Shown: piece by piece, positions 9,096 through 21,500 of the stretch | Numbering within the stretch: position 1 is the stretch's first letter | How the letters are laid out: each line of letters opens with the position of its first letter | NCBI GenBank assembly: GCA_949514915.1 | Contig: CATFLP010000127.1 | Span: 1-55,825, forward strand | Length of the DNA: 55,825 nt | Origin: Methanobacteriota archaeon | GTDB taxonomy: Archaea > Thermoplasmatota > Poseidoniia > Poseidoniales > Poseidoniaceae | Reading direction: 5' to 3' | Made by a program: the position numbers and the translations under genes | Notes under the pieces: generated by a model | What the model saw: only the letters and a program-made list of their open reading frames with translations | The model's database searches: none | Told to the model about the DNA's origin: nothing

Positions 9096-12000
9096 ATGAT
9101 GGCAGTAGCTAATATCCGTTCTGAATTTCTTCCAAGCGACTTAATTCCAGTAGTTTTTGGAATAGTACTTACATTTTTTATTTTTAGATTTTGGGTCCCT
9201 TTTGCATTACGTAGAGTGCAAATTGCATTTTATACGGATGATGGAATTTATGAAGTACACAGGATTACAGACACATTTAATGAATCAAGAAAGTTACTTG
9301 GAGAAGATGGTGCGATTTTCGGGGTAACGCTATATCGTATGGCAGTTACTGGATTAATGATATTAGCAGGAGAAATTGCATTTGATCCTGAAGAGTATTC
9401 TTTGTATGTATTGTTATTGATAATGTTCTTACTTTCTGTACCTGTTTTAATTTCTCCAGTTTCATCATTAATAGGACAATTTACAAAGACATTGTCTTCT
9501 CGTAAGGCCGACATAATTGATTACAAAAAAAATCGGAGAATATTGATAGTAGTACTTACTATCGTTTTAGTTGCACTTTCACTAGGTTTTTGGATATATT
9601 TAACACGAACATTAGGAATGAGCCCTGAAGAAGGAAGGGCTTGGACATTAGTTTTGTTTTTGTTCCCTTCAGTATTAGTTTATGGAAGAGTTATGGGTTC
9701 TTCTTGGAATGGTTTAGTCCAACAAAAATGGAAACGTGCTAAAGGCCAGGCTTCAGCATTAAACCCTCATCCCCCAGGATTTATTGCTAGATTACTTGCA
9801 TTATTCATATTGGTAAATATTATTTTAATGCCAATTACGGCATTGAATGGATTTTTATCATATTTTTATGAAATATATCTTTACCAATTTTTGGGTAACG
9901 AAGATTTATTCACTCATTCGGCTACAGCATTAGCTGTATATCCTGAGATGGCATCCATTCCATTATCTCAAAAAGGAGGTTTTCTTGGTTATCTTTCAAT
10001 TGAATTATTTTCACAAGTTCCAGATGTGTTTGTTGCAAAATTCCTTTCACAGTTAACAGTATTGTTTTTAATTCTTAATGTGACATTAATTGGTTTGGCA
10101 TTTGTTTATGAAATGGTTAGAATGCAATTTATTGGATTAGGGACTATTGGGGGAATTGGAGGAGTTGTTGTTGCAGATGGTAGGGCTTTACGCGCAGAAT
10201 CATCACATAGAGGACTTTTAGTTTCATTTTGTTTTTCAGCATTTACAGGATATACAGTTTTATTATTGGTGATGGCCATTTTTGGTAAGTTTCCAGGAGT
10301 ACTTCCGAATGCAGATGTATGTACAACACATTTAGACAATCTTGTTGGAAACGTTTCGCCTGAATTTAGAGGAACCTCTATCCAAGCAGAAGCATGTGGT
10401 GTTTTGAGTATGGCTGTTGTTGAAAAGTTAACATTTGCAATTAATGCTGCAGGTCAGGCATTATTCATTCCTTTTTGGTTAATTTCTTTACCTAAGTGGT
10501 TTAGGATGAGGAGGGCTAATTTTGATCTATCTGCAATTGAAGATCGTGGGGGTCCAATGATTATAGAGGACAAAAAAGAAATGGCTAAATTATTGTCTAG
10601 GACAAAACCAGGAGAAGACGCATTATCGTTATTAAAGGCAGATAGATTAGACGATTTAGTTGGAGTTTTAAGAAGATTAGATCGAAGTAATGCTTCTAGA
10701 GATCGAGAGTTACATGCAAGGACAGAGATGCTTTTTGCAGCAAGTAGAGGTGATTGGCAAAGAGCTGAAGATTATGCGGTAAATTTACTTGCTCAAAAAG
10801 AAGGTGATGATGTGATGTGCCGTAAATTATTAGCGGCAGCAGCTCTTGCAAATAGAGACTTATTGGAAGCAAAAATAAGATTAGAAGATCTTCCAGAGAA
10901 TGATGCAGAATCAGATCAATTAAGGTGGGTTGCATCATTATTTGCATTAAAAGGGAAATTAAGAAAATTCGAAGTTGATGAAATGTTACAATTGACACCA
11001 GGTGGTCGTAGGTTGGAAGATTTAGTTTCTAGATTTCCTATGTTGATGGCTTGGCCTTCCAAAAAACCAAGAATAGACAATGCTGTCGACCGTAGAGGTT
11101 TACTTGGAGATGTTGCTAGATTACGTTTAAGCGGAAGAAGTGATGATGCTTTAGCAAAAATCAAGGAAGTTCAATCAATGATGCCAGATATGCTAGGTGC
11201 TCGTTGGTTTGTTGCTGAAGCATTATGTCTTATTGATTTAGGAAGAATTAAAGAAGCTATGGAAATACATTTTGAATTAAGTAAATCTGAGTCAGAAGAT
11301 CCTTATGTTGCTGGTTTATGTGAGGTTTTGAGAACATTGGGTAATAGTGCACCACATTTAGTCGATAGAAGAATGGAAGGAATAATAGAAGTATTAATCG
11401 CGACAGAATCGAAAAAATTGAGCAGGTTAGAATGGTCTAGAATTGTAGATACTATGCCAACTAATGCAGTTGCAGCACTGAAATTAGGTCGAAAAGGAGA
11501 AGATGAAGCACTTGCATCTAATGCTTGGATTTCTATGGGACCAGCATTAAAGAAAAATATGTGGCCGGTTGTAAGAGGTGCTTTTGCAGTTTCAAACGCC
11601 TTCTTTATTTGTATGATTCTGGCAGGTGCTTTAGTTATGTATATGGAAGGCCCATTAGGTATTCCTTTGGTTATTGGTGCAATTGGATTATGGGCACGTG
11701 CAGGCAATATGAGGCAAGTTGTAAGACATCGAGATATGCCTTTGTGTAAGGATTATTCTTCACGTTTAAGATCAAGAAGAGCCATGGTTAAGTATAATGA
11801 TTTACCAGTTGGAACTCATTTGATGTTAAGTGGCATAGTAGTCCCAATTGCAGAAATACCAATCGATTTAGGTTATCCCTTGTGGGTAGATCCATTGGTA
11901 GGTAAGAGAGATAAATGGTTGCCAGGATTAAATTTAGGAAAAGGTTCATCGAAGAAACGCAAGAAAAGACTTGAAAAGCATTTAGATGGGGAATCAACGG

Positions 12001-12281
12001 GAATTGAAGGAAGAGGAAAAGCATCTAAAACAGCCTTACTTTCGATGATTGACAAGAAAAATCATCAGAAGAGAAAGAAATTTGATGGTATTCGAAACAT
12101 CTCATCAAGTATAATTCAGGCTAGAGATGATGGAATGGTTTTTGATACAGAAGAGCACGATGAAAGAAGACATGGAGGTCCAAAGCGACCATCTGCAAGA
12201 GGTTCATCAAGAAAAAGGACCCCCCCTCCAGGTTTCAAAGGAAAGAGGTCACCAGGTAATCGTGATTCTGTATTTTATTGA
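9096..12281 (+). CDS. Large hypothetical membrane protein (about 8 N-terminal TM, TPR-like helical region, 2 TM, basic disordered tail)
   Basis: Long ORF with hydrophobic helices and TPR-like patterns (AEALCLIDLGRIKEAMEI). Start uncertain (9096/9099). Confidence 0.75.
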   Translation: MMAVANIRSEFLPSDLIPVVFGIVLTFFIFRFWVPFALRRVQIAFYTDDGIYEVHRITDTFNESRKLLGEDGAIFGVTLYRMAVTGLMILAGEIAFDPEEYSLYVLLLIMFLLSVPVLISPVSSLIGQFTKTLSSRKADIIDYKKNRRILIVVLTIVLVALSLGFWIYLTRTLGMSPEEGRAWTLVLFLFPSVLVYGRVMGSSWNGLVQQKWKRAKGQASALNPHPPGFIARLLALFILVNIILMPITALNGFLSYFYEIYLYQFLGNEDLFTHSATALAVYPEMASIPLSQKGGFLGYLSIELFSQVPDVFVAKFLSQLTVLFLILNVTLIGLAFVYEMVRMQFIGLGTIGGIGGVVVADGRALRAESSHRGLLVSFCFSAFTGYTVLLLVMAIFGKFPGVLPNADVCTTHLDNLVGNVSPEFRGTSIQAEACGVLSMAVVEKLTFAINAAGQALFIPFWLISLPKWFRMRRANFDLSAIEDRGGPMIIEDKKEMAKLLSRTKPGEDALSLLKADRLDDLVGVLRRLDRSNASRDRELHARTEMLFAASRGDWQRAEDYAVNLLAQKEGDDVMCRKLLAAAALANRDLLEAKIRLEDLPENDAESDQLRWVASLFALKGKLRKFEVDEMLQLTPGGRRLEDLVSRFPMLMAWPSKKPRIDNAVDRRGLLGDVARLRLSGRSDDALAKIKEVQSMMPDMLGARWFVAEALCLIDLGRIKEAMEIHFELSKSESEDPYVAGLCEVLRTLGNSAPHLVDRRMEGIIEVLIATESKKLSRLEWSRIVDTMPTNAVAALKLGRKGEDEALASNAWISMGPALKKNMWPVVRGAFAVSNAFFICMILAGALVMYMEGPLGIPLVIGAIGLWARAGNMRQVVRHRDMPLCKDYSSRLRSRRAMVKYNDLPVGTHLMLSGIVVPIAEIPIDLGYPLWVDPLVGKRDKWLPGLNLGKGSSKKRKKRLEKHLDGESTGIEGRGKASKTALLSMIDKKNHQKRKKFDGIRNISSSIIQARDDGMVFDTEEHDERRHGGPKRPSARGSSRKRTPPPGFKGKRSPGNRDSVFY

Positions 12282-12282
12282 A

Positions 12283-13761
12283 TTATTCTTCTTCCAAGTT
12301 AAACCCTGCGATTTGACCCGAGAATATGTTATCTAACATGTCGGATTCATTTCTTGTAATGATGCCATCGTCTAATACTCCTAATACCTCTTCTTGAATC
12401 TCTTCAGGTAAGTTAAGTATTTTACAAGCCTTAGCGATCATTTTCATCTCTACATCGTTAGGATAAACCCTTTTATTTTTTGCAGCACTGTCAAATGCAG
12501 CTCTTGCAGCAATTAATACAGCCTCATCTTCATTAATACCTAAATCTGCACACATCAAAGCAATAGTTCCTGTTTCTGCTTTATCCATCTTGCCATCATT
12601 ATATGCATCAGCATATAATTCTCTTAAGCTTCGTACTTTTTCTTGCATTAAAATCGCGATTGGTCTAGTTGGCTCAATATTCTCAAGAATTATTTTTACA
12701 ATTACAGTGATTGGTGCAGAAAGGATCATTCCGATAGGGCCCCATACAAAACCTCCATATGCAAATGTTAGTAATAATAATACAGGACTTACATCTAATT
12801 GATTACCTGTCCATTTTGTTTCAATTACTGCACCCCAGAGTTGCTGATTAAAAATTATTACAACCAAAACTACTGTACCAGCCACCCATTGTCCACCTAA
12901 ATCCTCCCATGAAAGCAAACCAAAGAGAGGGTCTTGAATTGCAAGATAACCTAAAACTATGGCAGGCATTGATGCAATTATGGAACCAATATATGGAACA
13001 TAATTGAATAAAAATGCTAATATCCCCCATACAAACCAAAGTGGTACTCCTAGAATCAAACAAATTAGACTTGTACAAACTCCTGTTCCCAAACTTACAT
13101 TTGTTTTAGTCATCAAGTAAGCATTTACACTTGCTTCAATTTTTCTAGTGACTTTGGAAATACTTTTTGCTTTATTCCCTGGAAATGCTCTAGCAATTCT
13201 TCCTTCCAGATATGGCATTTCATAAATTATAAACACTAGGAATAGAATCATTGTAATTGAACTAAATGCATAACCGCTTAGAGTGCCAATGAAACCAGCG
13301 CCTTGTTCAGCACCTATTGAATTAAAAGGATCTTCAAGACCACTTACATTTAGCCCTGTATTATTTAGTGAGGTATATAGTTCTGAATAATTTTCTTCAA
13401 GAGTTTCTATACCTCCATTTTCCATATATACTTGAACATTGTAAGCAATTGCAATGAAAACACCAATTAAGATGTTTATGAACATTAAAAGGACAAAGAA
13501 ATACGACCAACCCTCACGCATTTTAAATTCTCTCATGAGATATAATGCACCAGGCCTTAAGATTAGATAAACTAGAACGGCCATTGCAAAAGGTTGTAGA
13601 ACTGGTGCTAATGATTGGAGTACAAAACCACCAATAAAAAGAACTAAACAAACATTAGCAACTATGGGTAATTTTTGCTTAAGTAATAATCTTAATTCCT
13701 CTGTTAGAATATAATTGATTTCTTTTTCATTTCTTCCTTTCGCGCTCATGCTATCGGACAC
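12283..13761 (-). CDS. AI-2E (PerM/TqsA) family transporter with C-terminal soluble extension
   Basis: FNYVPYIGS, WGPIGMILSAPITVIVKI and typical TM spacing. Confidence 0.88.
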   Translation of the reverse strand: MSDSMSAKGRNEKEINYILTEELRLLLKQKLPIVANVCLVLFIGGFVLQSLAPVLQPFAMAVLVYLILRPGALYLMREFKMREGWSYFFVLLMFINILIGVFIAIAYNVQVYMENGGIETLEENYSELYTSLNNTGLNVSGLEDPFNSIGAEQGAGFIGTLSGYAFSSITMILFLVFIIYEMPYLEGRIARAFPGNKAKSISKVTRKIEASVNAYLMTKTNVSLGTGVCTSLICLILGVPLWFVWGILAFLFNYVPYIGSIIASMPAIVLGYLAIQDPLFGLLSWEDLGGQWVAGTVVLVVIIFNQQLWGAVIETKWTGNQLDVSPVLLLLTFAYGGFVWGPIGMILSAPITVIVKIILENIEPTRPIAILMQEKVRSLRELYADAYNDGKMDKAETGTIALMCADLGINEDEAVLIAARAAFDSAAKNKRVYPNDVEMKMIAKACKILNLPEEIQEEVLGVLDDGIITRNESDMLDNIFSGQIAGFNLEEE

Positions 13762-13830
13762 CCCATAGTGTATGGGTTTGAAATGATAACGGAGGTAATG
13801 AGGTCTTTTCTTTTAAAAAATAAAAATAAG

Positions 13831-15309
13831 TTATTCATCTTTAATTACATTGCCATTAGAATCTAATTTGAACATTCTAACAGTATTTGTTGCACCAGAA
13901 ATTGCTTTTGGTGATCCACTTACAGACACTAGTACATCATTTGGTAAGATTTTTCCATTTTCATATAATATTCTTATTGCATTGAGGATAGTACTACGAC
14001 TTCTTTCTTCTTCTTCAACTAAAATAGAATCTACTCCCCACAATAGTGTGTTTTTTCGCATAGTTTCCATTTTATTTGTAAATACTGTAATAGGGCATTT
14101 GGGCCTATATGCAGAGACTAATCTTGCAGCATTTCCATTTTGACTAGCAACTAATAGCATTGCAACATTTTCTTCTTTACTTAGGGTCACACCAGCATGT
14201 GCTACTGCACGAGTTGCTCTATATTTCGAAAGCGCAGGAGATGAATGAATAGATTCTAATCCTTGTTCGACATGAGCGCAAACTTTGCTCATTGTTTGAA
14301 CTGCTTCAAGAGGATAATCTCCACTTGCAGTTTCTCCAGAGAGCATAAGGGCACTAGTTCCTTGCCTTATAGCGTTAGCAATATCTGTAACTTCAGCTCT
14401 TGTAGGAACTGGGCTATGAGTCATAGATTCTAGAACTTGGGTGGCTACAATTACTGGAAGCCCACGCTCTAATGTTTTTGCGATTAATTTTTCTTGAACA
14501 AGTGGTACTTCTTCATAAGGAATTTCCACACCCAAATCGCCTCTTGCAACCATTATTCCATTACACATTTCAAGTATTTCATCAAAATTTTCTATAGCTG
14601 CGGGATGTTCAATTTTTGCTATTAATGGTGTGAATTTCCCTGCTTCTTTTATTGCATGTATGGCAGGTTGTAAATCATTAGCATTTCTTACATAAGATAC
14701 TGCAATAAAATCAACATTATTTTCTAATGCATGTTTGATTGAAATAAGGTCCTTTTCACCAACAGAAGGTAAACTAACTAGTGTTCCAGGAACATTGACT
14801 CCTTTCCTACTTGAGACTAATCCAGGTTCAACAACTTCGCAATTAACGATGTCATTTTCTTTATTTGGGGATTTTAGTACATTTAGACGTACGGTTCCAT
14901 CTGCGATGAGTATTGCATCACCTTCTGCCAAATCTTTTGAAAGTCCACCATAACTTACAGGGATGTTGAAAATAGCCTCAGCAGTAGAATTTTCTATTAA
15001 TTTGATATCGTCATTTAATTTTTCCATTCCACAATATAATTTTACAAGACTATTTTTTGATAATAAAATTTCTTTTTCCATCGTACCTAATCTTAATTTT
15101 GGACCAGGTAAATCTGCCAGAATGCCAACAGGATTTCCGAATTTAGATTCAACCTTTCTTAATTTATTAATTAATTCTGTTTTTTGTTCTAAATTACCAT
15201 GACTATAATTTAGACGAGCAACATTTAATCCTGCATTAACTAATGCTTCTAAAGTTTCTTCATTATTACTCGCAGGCCCAATAGTTCCAATTATGCGCGT
15301 TCGTCTCAT
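13831..15309 (-). CDS. pyk: Pyruvate kinase
   Basis: TIGPAS, RLNYSHG, DLPGPKLR, AKIE, MVARGDLGVE, MLSGETA. Confidence 0.97.
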   Translation of the reverse strand: MRRTRIIGTIGPASNNEETLEALVNAGLNVARLNYSHGNLEQKTELINKLRKVESKFGNPVGILADLPGPKLRLGTMEKEILLSKNSLVKLYCGMEKLNDDIKLIENSTAEAIFNIPVSYGGLSKDLAEGDAILIADGTVRLNVLKSPNKENDIVNCEVVEPGLVSSRKGVNVPGTLVSLPSVGEKDLISIKHALENNVDFIAVSYVRNANDLQPAIHAIKEAGKFTPLIAKIEHPAAIENFDEILEMCNGIMVARGDLGVEIPYEEVPLVQEKLIAKTLERGLPVIVATQVLESMTHSPVPTRAEVTDIANAIRQGTSALMLSGETASGDYPLEAVQTMSKVCAHVEQGLESIHSSPALSKYRATRAVAHAGVTLSKEENVAMLLVASQNGNAARLVSAYRPKCPITVFTNKMETMRKNTLLWGVDSILVEEEERSRSTILNAIRILYENGKILPNDVLVSVSGSPKAISGATNTVRMFKLDSNGNVIKDE

Positions 15310-15383
15310 ATTTCTCGGGGATTAGTCATAAGTGATAATCTTAATATTCACATGTTACGTTTTTTAATATTCTATGAGTAAAG

Positions 15384-15457
15384 TGGACGCGGCGAGATTT
15401 GAACTCGCGGCCTCTACCATGCCAAGGTAGCGATCTTCCAGGCTGATCTACGCGCCC
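15384..15457 (-). tRNA. tRNA-Ala(GGC)
   Basis: Cloverleaf with acceptor GGGCGCG/CGCGTCC (G3:U70), anticodon arm CTACC-TTGGCAT-GGTAG and T-loop GTTCAAATC. Confidence 0.96.
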
Positions 15458-15544
15458 ATTAATACATACTGGCATTTTAAATTGATATAAAATTATTAGA
15501 CATAATCTCTGATGTGTTATAACCTAACGGCTAGTCGAGAACCC

Positions 15545-18500
15545 ATGTACGATAGATTGAGTTCTAAAAGAACTCAAGTGAATTCTGCAGTTTTATTAGT
15601 ATTATTGATGATTAGTTCTATTTTTGTAAACATTTTCACTAATTTAGATAGTTCGTTTCAAGAGCAAATGACACAAATAGATGAAAATTTATTTTTACAA
15701 GAAAATTTTGAAAACAATATTGTATATCTCCCTAATTTAGAATATTATACTGCGATGGGTGAAGAAATTGTAGAGTTAGTTGTCATTACAAATGATTTAT
15801 CTTCTTTAACAGAATGGCAAAAAGAAAATGGATTTTTAATCAAACAAGTTGATTTAAAAAATGGACAAAAATTTACTGAACATTCATTACCAGATTTTGG
15901 TTTACAACATCGGAAAATTAGCCTTTCAGGTTGGATGGTTGAGAAGCTAGAAACAATTTCTGGAATTTTGATGGTAATGCCAGATCCTGGGACACCTCAA
16001 CCAGTTGCTTTAGAAGAACCTGGAGAATATTCTGTAGTATCTGGAGAATTACATGGAGCTACAGATTCATGGGATAGGAATATTAGCGGTCAAGGGATTA
16101 AGGTTGCAGTTGCAGATTCTGGGATTGATTTTGCACATCCTGATTTAAATGGAACTCAAGCTAGAGTTGATGATGTAACAAGTCCTTGGAATGGGTGGCC
16201 AATTGTTTTTGACCCACGATCCATGGAACAATGGCAGAGGAATGGTAATACATATCCTAATGATTCATCTTCTTGGTATTCAGATACATCTACAATTGAA
16301 TATGATTTAGATATGAATGATTTTTTGGATGATTCTAATTTGTCAATTTTTGGAATTAATCCTTCAGTCTCGGGAGAATATCATTTAGGAAAGCATCCAG
16401 ATACAGTTTTACAATCATTAGCGGGTGGAGAAATAGATATTTTAGTTGTAGATGAATTAATTGCAGGAGTATATGATACCGTTTATGTTGATACAAATAG
16501 AGATGGCTATTTCAATGACGAAAAACCAATGAAAATGGGAAGTGAAACATCTGGAAGAGATACAGACGGTGACGGATTATGGGACCAATCTGCAGGAATG
16601 TTGTATTGGATATCTGATGGAGCGAATTCTTTACCTTACGGGCCTACATATACTTCAAGAGCAGGATTACAAGATAGGATTCCTGGTAATGGAAATCTTA
16701 CATTATTTATGTTGAATGTACATACAGGACCTGCAGGAAATCATGGGACTCTTTGTGCTTCTGCTGTAGCGGCTCAAGGAATTGTAGGTGATGGAGCAGT
16801 ATTAGGTATGGCACCAGATTCAGAATTAATTGCAATTGCTAATATTTATGCAGGCGGATCATTGCTTGATGTATTTCGTTTTGCTGCTGAAGGATATGAT
16901 GGAAATTTAACATCAGGAGATGAATCAAATATTGCTTCATTTTCATTTGGTTGGAGGCCTCCAGAAGGAGGTGCTGATGGTACTGCACTGTATTTAGATT
17001 GGATGACTAGAGTGCATGCGACAAAAACAACATATCTTGCAGCCGCAGGAAATGGAGGGCATGGGTATGGAACTGTAGCCACTCCTGGTGCAAGTTCAGG
17101 AATAATTACAGTAGGTGCGTTTAGTAGTAAAGGAGGAGATAACTGGGGGCAATCAGTAATGTGGACTGACAGGGGTCCAAATGCACTTGGAAGAATGGAT
17201 CCTGATATCGTAGCTGTAGGTTGGTCTGCAACAGGAGATACAACATTAAATCAAAAAAGTAATGCAAATAGTGCATATTCTTCTTGGGCAGGAACAAGTT
17301 TAGCTACTCCTGTTGCGGCTGGATTAACTGCTCTTGTAACACAAGCATGGTATGAAACAAATGGCGATTGGCCAAATAGTCTTCAAATTAGAGATTTGAT
17401 AATGTCTACAGCAGATGATAGAGGATATGATCCCTTTGTACAAGGAGCAGGATGGTTTAATGCAAAAAGAGGTGTTGAAACGATTTTAAATCAAAATGAT
17501 ACTACATTTTGGGTACAACCTGCATATTGGATGGCTGGAAAATTGCAAGGAGCCAATAGAGATGCAAATATGAATATATTATTGCCTGGAGAAAGTGACA
17601 GTGTTAATATTACATTAAACAATACTGGGACATCAACTATTGATTATTCATTTGAACCCGTAGTAATAGAACCAATTACCCATAATAGAATTATTTGGAA
17701 TGCAAGTAGTTCTAGTGGGTGGGATGGTTATCAAAGTTCAAGACCAGATTTGGTATTTCCCGTAAATTTACAAAATAATCAAAATTATACCTTAGATGAT
17801 GATACAATTTTAATTCGTGCCAGAGCATCATTGAATGGTTCGGCATTTGACTCAGATCAAAATAGAAATGAAGAGAATGTACCTTTGATAAAAATATTAA
17901 GGTGGAATGATGATGACGGAGATGGGAAATATTGGGAAGACCTAGATGGAGATGGAGAAGTAGACGATGGAGAATGGGAGGCAGGTTCAGAATATACAAT
18001 GGTAACACAAACAGGGCATGTTTCACCACAGACAGAAGCAAGGATGGGAATGCCATTAGATCATTCAGATTCAGGTATTTTGGTAGGTATTTGGTTAGAA
18101 CAAGTGAGATCTAGTAATGTAGATCCTGTTCAAATGGAAATAGATATCACTACGTTTGGATATTCTTCAAACCCATGGATACAAAATATTTCAAATATCG
18201 TTGTATTACCAGGGGATGAAGAAATAGTTACTGTTGATTTAGATGTTCCCTTGAATGCTTATCCTGGATTACATCAACAAGCCTTAATGATTACAGCAAA
18301 TAATGGTACTAATGACTCACATTCATGGCCTTTGCCAATAATTGTAAATGTTGCCATGGAAGGGCCGAATGAATTAATATCTTTACCTTTAGATGATGAA
18401 TTAACTAATCAATCATTGTATCGCTCAACTTGGATGCAAGGAGCTCAAGGATGGGGTTGGAGAGAAGAATCAGGAGATTGGAAATCAGTTAGTTTGAATT

Positions 18501-21500
18501 GGCCATCTAATTTGACTACAGGAAATATTCTAATTGATGTAGACTGGGATGATAATGTTTGGACTGATATTGATGCACATCTATTGAGTGAACAGTCCCA
18601 TCCTTATTTTAATGAAGATCCCCTGGCTTATGGGCCAGTTCATTTTAGTGTAGAGTCGGGTTCTGAAAATAATTATCAAGGTTCAGGAAAATGGGATTGG
18701 AATACATACACTGGAGAAAGTCGAGAATTATTACAAGCTAACCCCTCTAATGGAGTTAAACAATTATTGTTACATTCAACATTTCATGGTGTTGGAACAA
18801 ATGACAATCCTGTAAATGTCACGGTATCTTATGTTGATAGTTTAGGAGCACCATTACAAAGAGTAGTTGATGATTGGAGTAATGGAGGATTTAATCAGCC
18901 GATTCAAATAGGAAGCACTCATTCATTAAATGTAGAAGAGGTTAGAGCAATAGGATGGATTAAACCCTTAAGTTTGCAAAATGAATCAGCAACTCAAGAT
19001 ACACCAGGAGATTGGTCTTCTAGTGGATATGTAAGAGAAATAGATATTGAAGGAGCTCAAGAATTTAAAATCAATATAGATTCAAATATGTTTGGTGATG
19101 ATTTAGATTTAGCAGTATATAGAGACAGTAATGAAAACGGGGTAATAGATTGGGGCAATGAACAGGAAGCAACTTCAGGTTCAGGTTCAAGTAGAGAGAA
19201 TATTATGATAGAAAATCCCGCGGATGGAACTTGGTTTATAGTTGTCCAAGGATATGATGTTCCTAATGTAAATACCACTTTTTGGATGGAGGTAGAAGTT
19301 CTAAAAGGTGACAATTTAATAGTTGAAGATATTTTACAATTGAATGAATCAGAAATTAACCAATCATATCCTAATGGTAGTGCTCGTTTAGGAGGGATAA
19401 TTCCAGAGGATGTAATATCTCTTAATTTGACAGCATCAATTCCTCCAGAAGAAGGTTATTGGAAAGGAATATTAGAGTTAGTATTAGAAGGTGATTCAGG
19501 AATTGTTAAAATCCCTTATCATTATCAATTGAATGAATTTCCGACTGAAATTGAGTTTTTACAAATTAATAAAGGAGAATATAGGAATAAATCTGGCCCT
19601 ATAAGTTTACATTTATTGGATAGGGGAGGTGGTTTCTCATTAAATGATTTAGAATTCAATGGTTCATTTAGTTCAAATATGATTACCAATTGGACTGATT
19701 GGGAATTAAATCAATGGCATGATTTTACATTTGAAGGAATAGGAATGGATGGGGAATGGAAAGATTTAACGAATACATGGCTAGGCCTTCAGGTTGAAGA
19801 ATCTAACACGTCTGTATTGACAGAATATTCAGGTTTTGTTGTATTTGAAGCTGAAGATTTTTCAAATACAACTGTTGGTATAGGTACGGCTTTGAACACC
19901 TATTGGTCTGAAGAAACAATAGTTTCAGGATATAGCGGTAGAAGTTATTTAGAAGCAAAGCCAAATAATGGTGTCAATGTATTTGATTCTACAGATGGCC
20001 CTCGTTTAGATTATGAAATTGATTTTAATTCACCAGGAACATATTATGTGTATGTTAGGGTGCTAGGGCAAAGTGGTAGCGATGATTCTTTACATGTAGG
20101 TTTAGATGGTAATCCATTAACATATGGAGATGTGGGCATGACATCTGGTTCTTCATGGGAATGGAAGGATACAGCAGCAGGAAATGTAGTAACTTTCGAT
20201 GTTCAAAATCCTGGTAGACATACATTTAACATCTGGATGAGGGAAGATGGAGTTATTGTTGACAAAGTAGTTTTACAGCAATCGGGTTCAATTCCAACAG
20301 GATTAGGCCCGAGTGGATTAATGAGCACAAATGGATTTAATTCTGGGCTTATAGCAGAATTTTTTGATAATTCTGGATTGAGTGTAAATACAAGTGGAAT
20401 GCCAGATTTAAATGGTAGAACGCCTGATTTTACCAGAATAGATCCGATGATAAATTATTCTAATTCAAATAATCAACCTTGGCCAGGACTGAGTTCTTCA
20501 TTTGCAGATGAATTTTCTTCACGACATACAGGTTATGTAAGGGTAGATATTGCAGGAAATTATACATTTTATGTTAATTCTGACGATGGTTCAAAACTTT
20601 GGATTGATAATCAAATAGTAGTTGAAAATATAGGGACTCATGCAATAAGAGAAGAATCAGGAACAATTTATTTAAATGCAGGATATCATACTTTAAAATT
20701 AGAATTTTTTGAGAATTTTGGGTGGGCAGGTCTTGAATTAAAATGGGAGAGTGACACGATACCTAAGCAATATGTTCCCCCAGAATCACTTTTCCATGGT
20801 TCAGGATTACCAATTAGACAAAATGAATTAGTTTCTTGGTGGCCTCTTGATGAAGCAAATGGTACAATTGTTGGCGATTTGATTAGTGGTTATGACTTAA
20901 ATTTAAGTGGAACCAATGGTACTGATTGGGAAATGTGTAGAAGAGCATATTGCCATAATTTTGATGGCATTGATGATTTTGCTATTTATGATCTAAATGC
21001 AAATGAAGAATGGAGCGGAGATTTTACAGTATCTATGTGGGTCAAAGCAGAGACTTTAGGGCAATCTGATTTTTCAAGTATTTTTGCGGTAGATAATTCT
21101 GGAGGAAACAATCGTTCTTTCCAATTTATGGTGGATGGTAATAATCCTGGAACTTATCAATTTTACAGTGATTCAAGATATGACATTGGTCCAGTTGATG
21201 ATGATTCTTGGGTTCATTTAGCTGCAACATATTCAGATAGTAAAATAAGCAGCCCATCATCTACTACAGCTACTTTAAGACTTTATTATAATGGATTACT
21301 TGCCAACACTGCATCTATAGATCCATTAGATGCAAATAATTTCAATCTGTATAAATTAGGTGTTAATAGAGCAGGAAATTCCTATTTTGCAGGATTAATT
21401 GATGACGTAAGAGTTTATGATGCCTCTTTAGGAAGTAATGAAGTATTAGCAATTTACAATAATGATCAATTTCCAGATTCTGGAGGAATAATCAGAGAGG

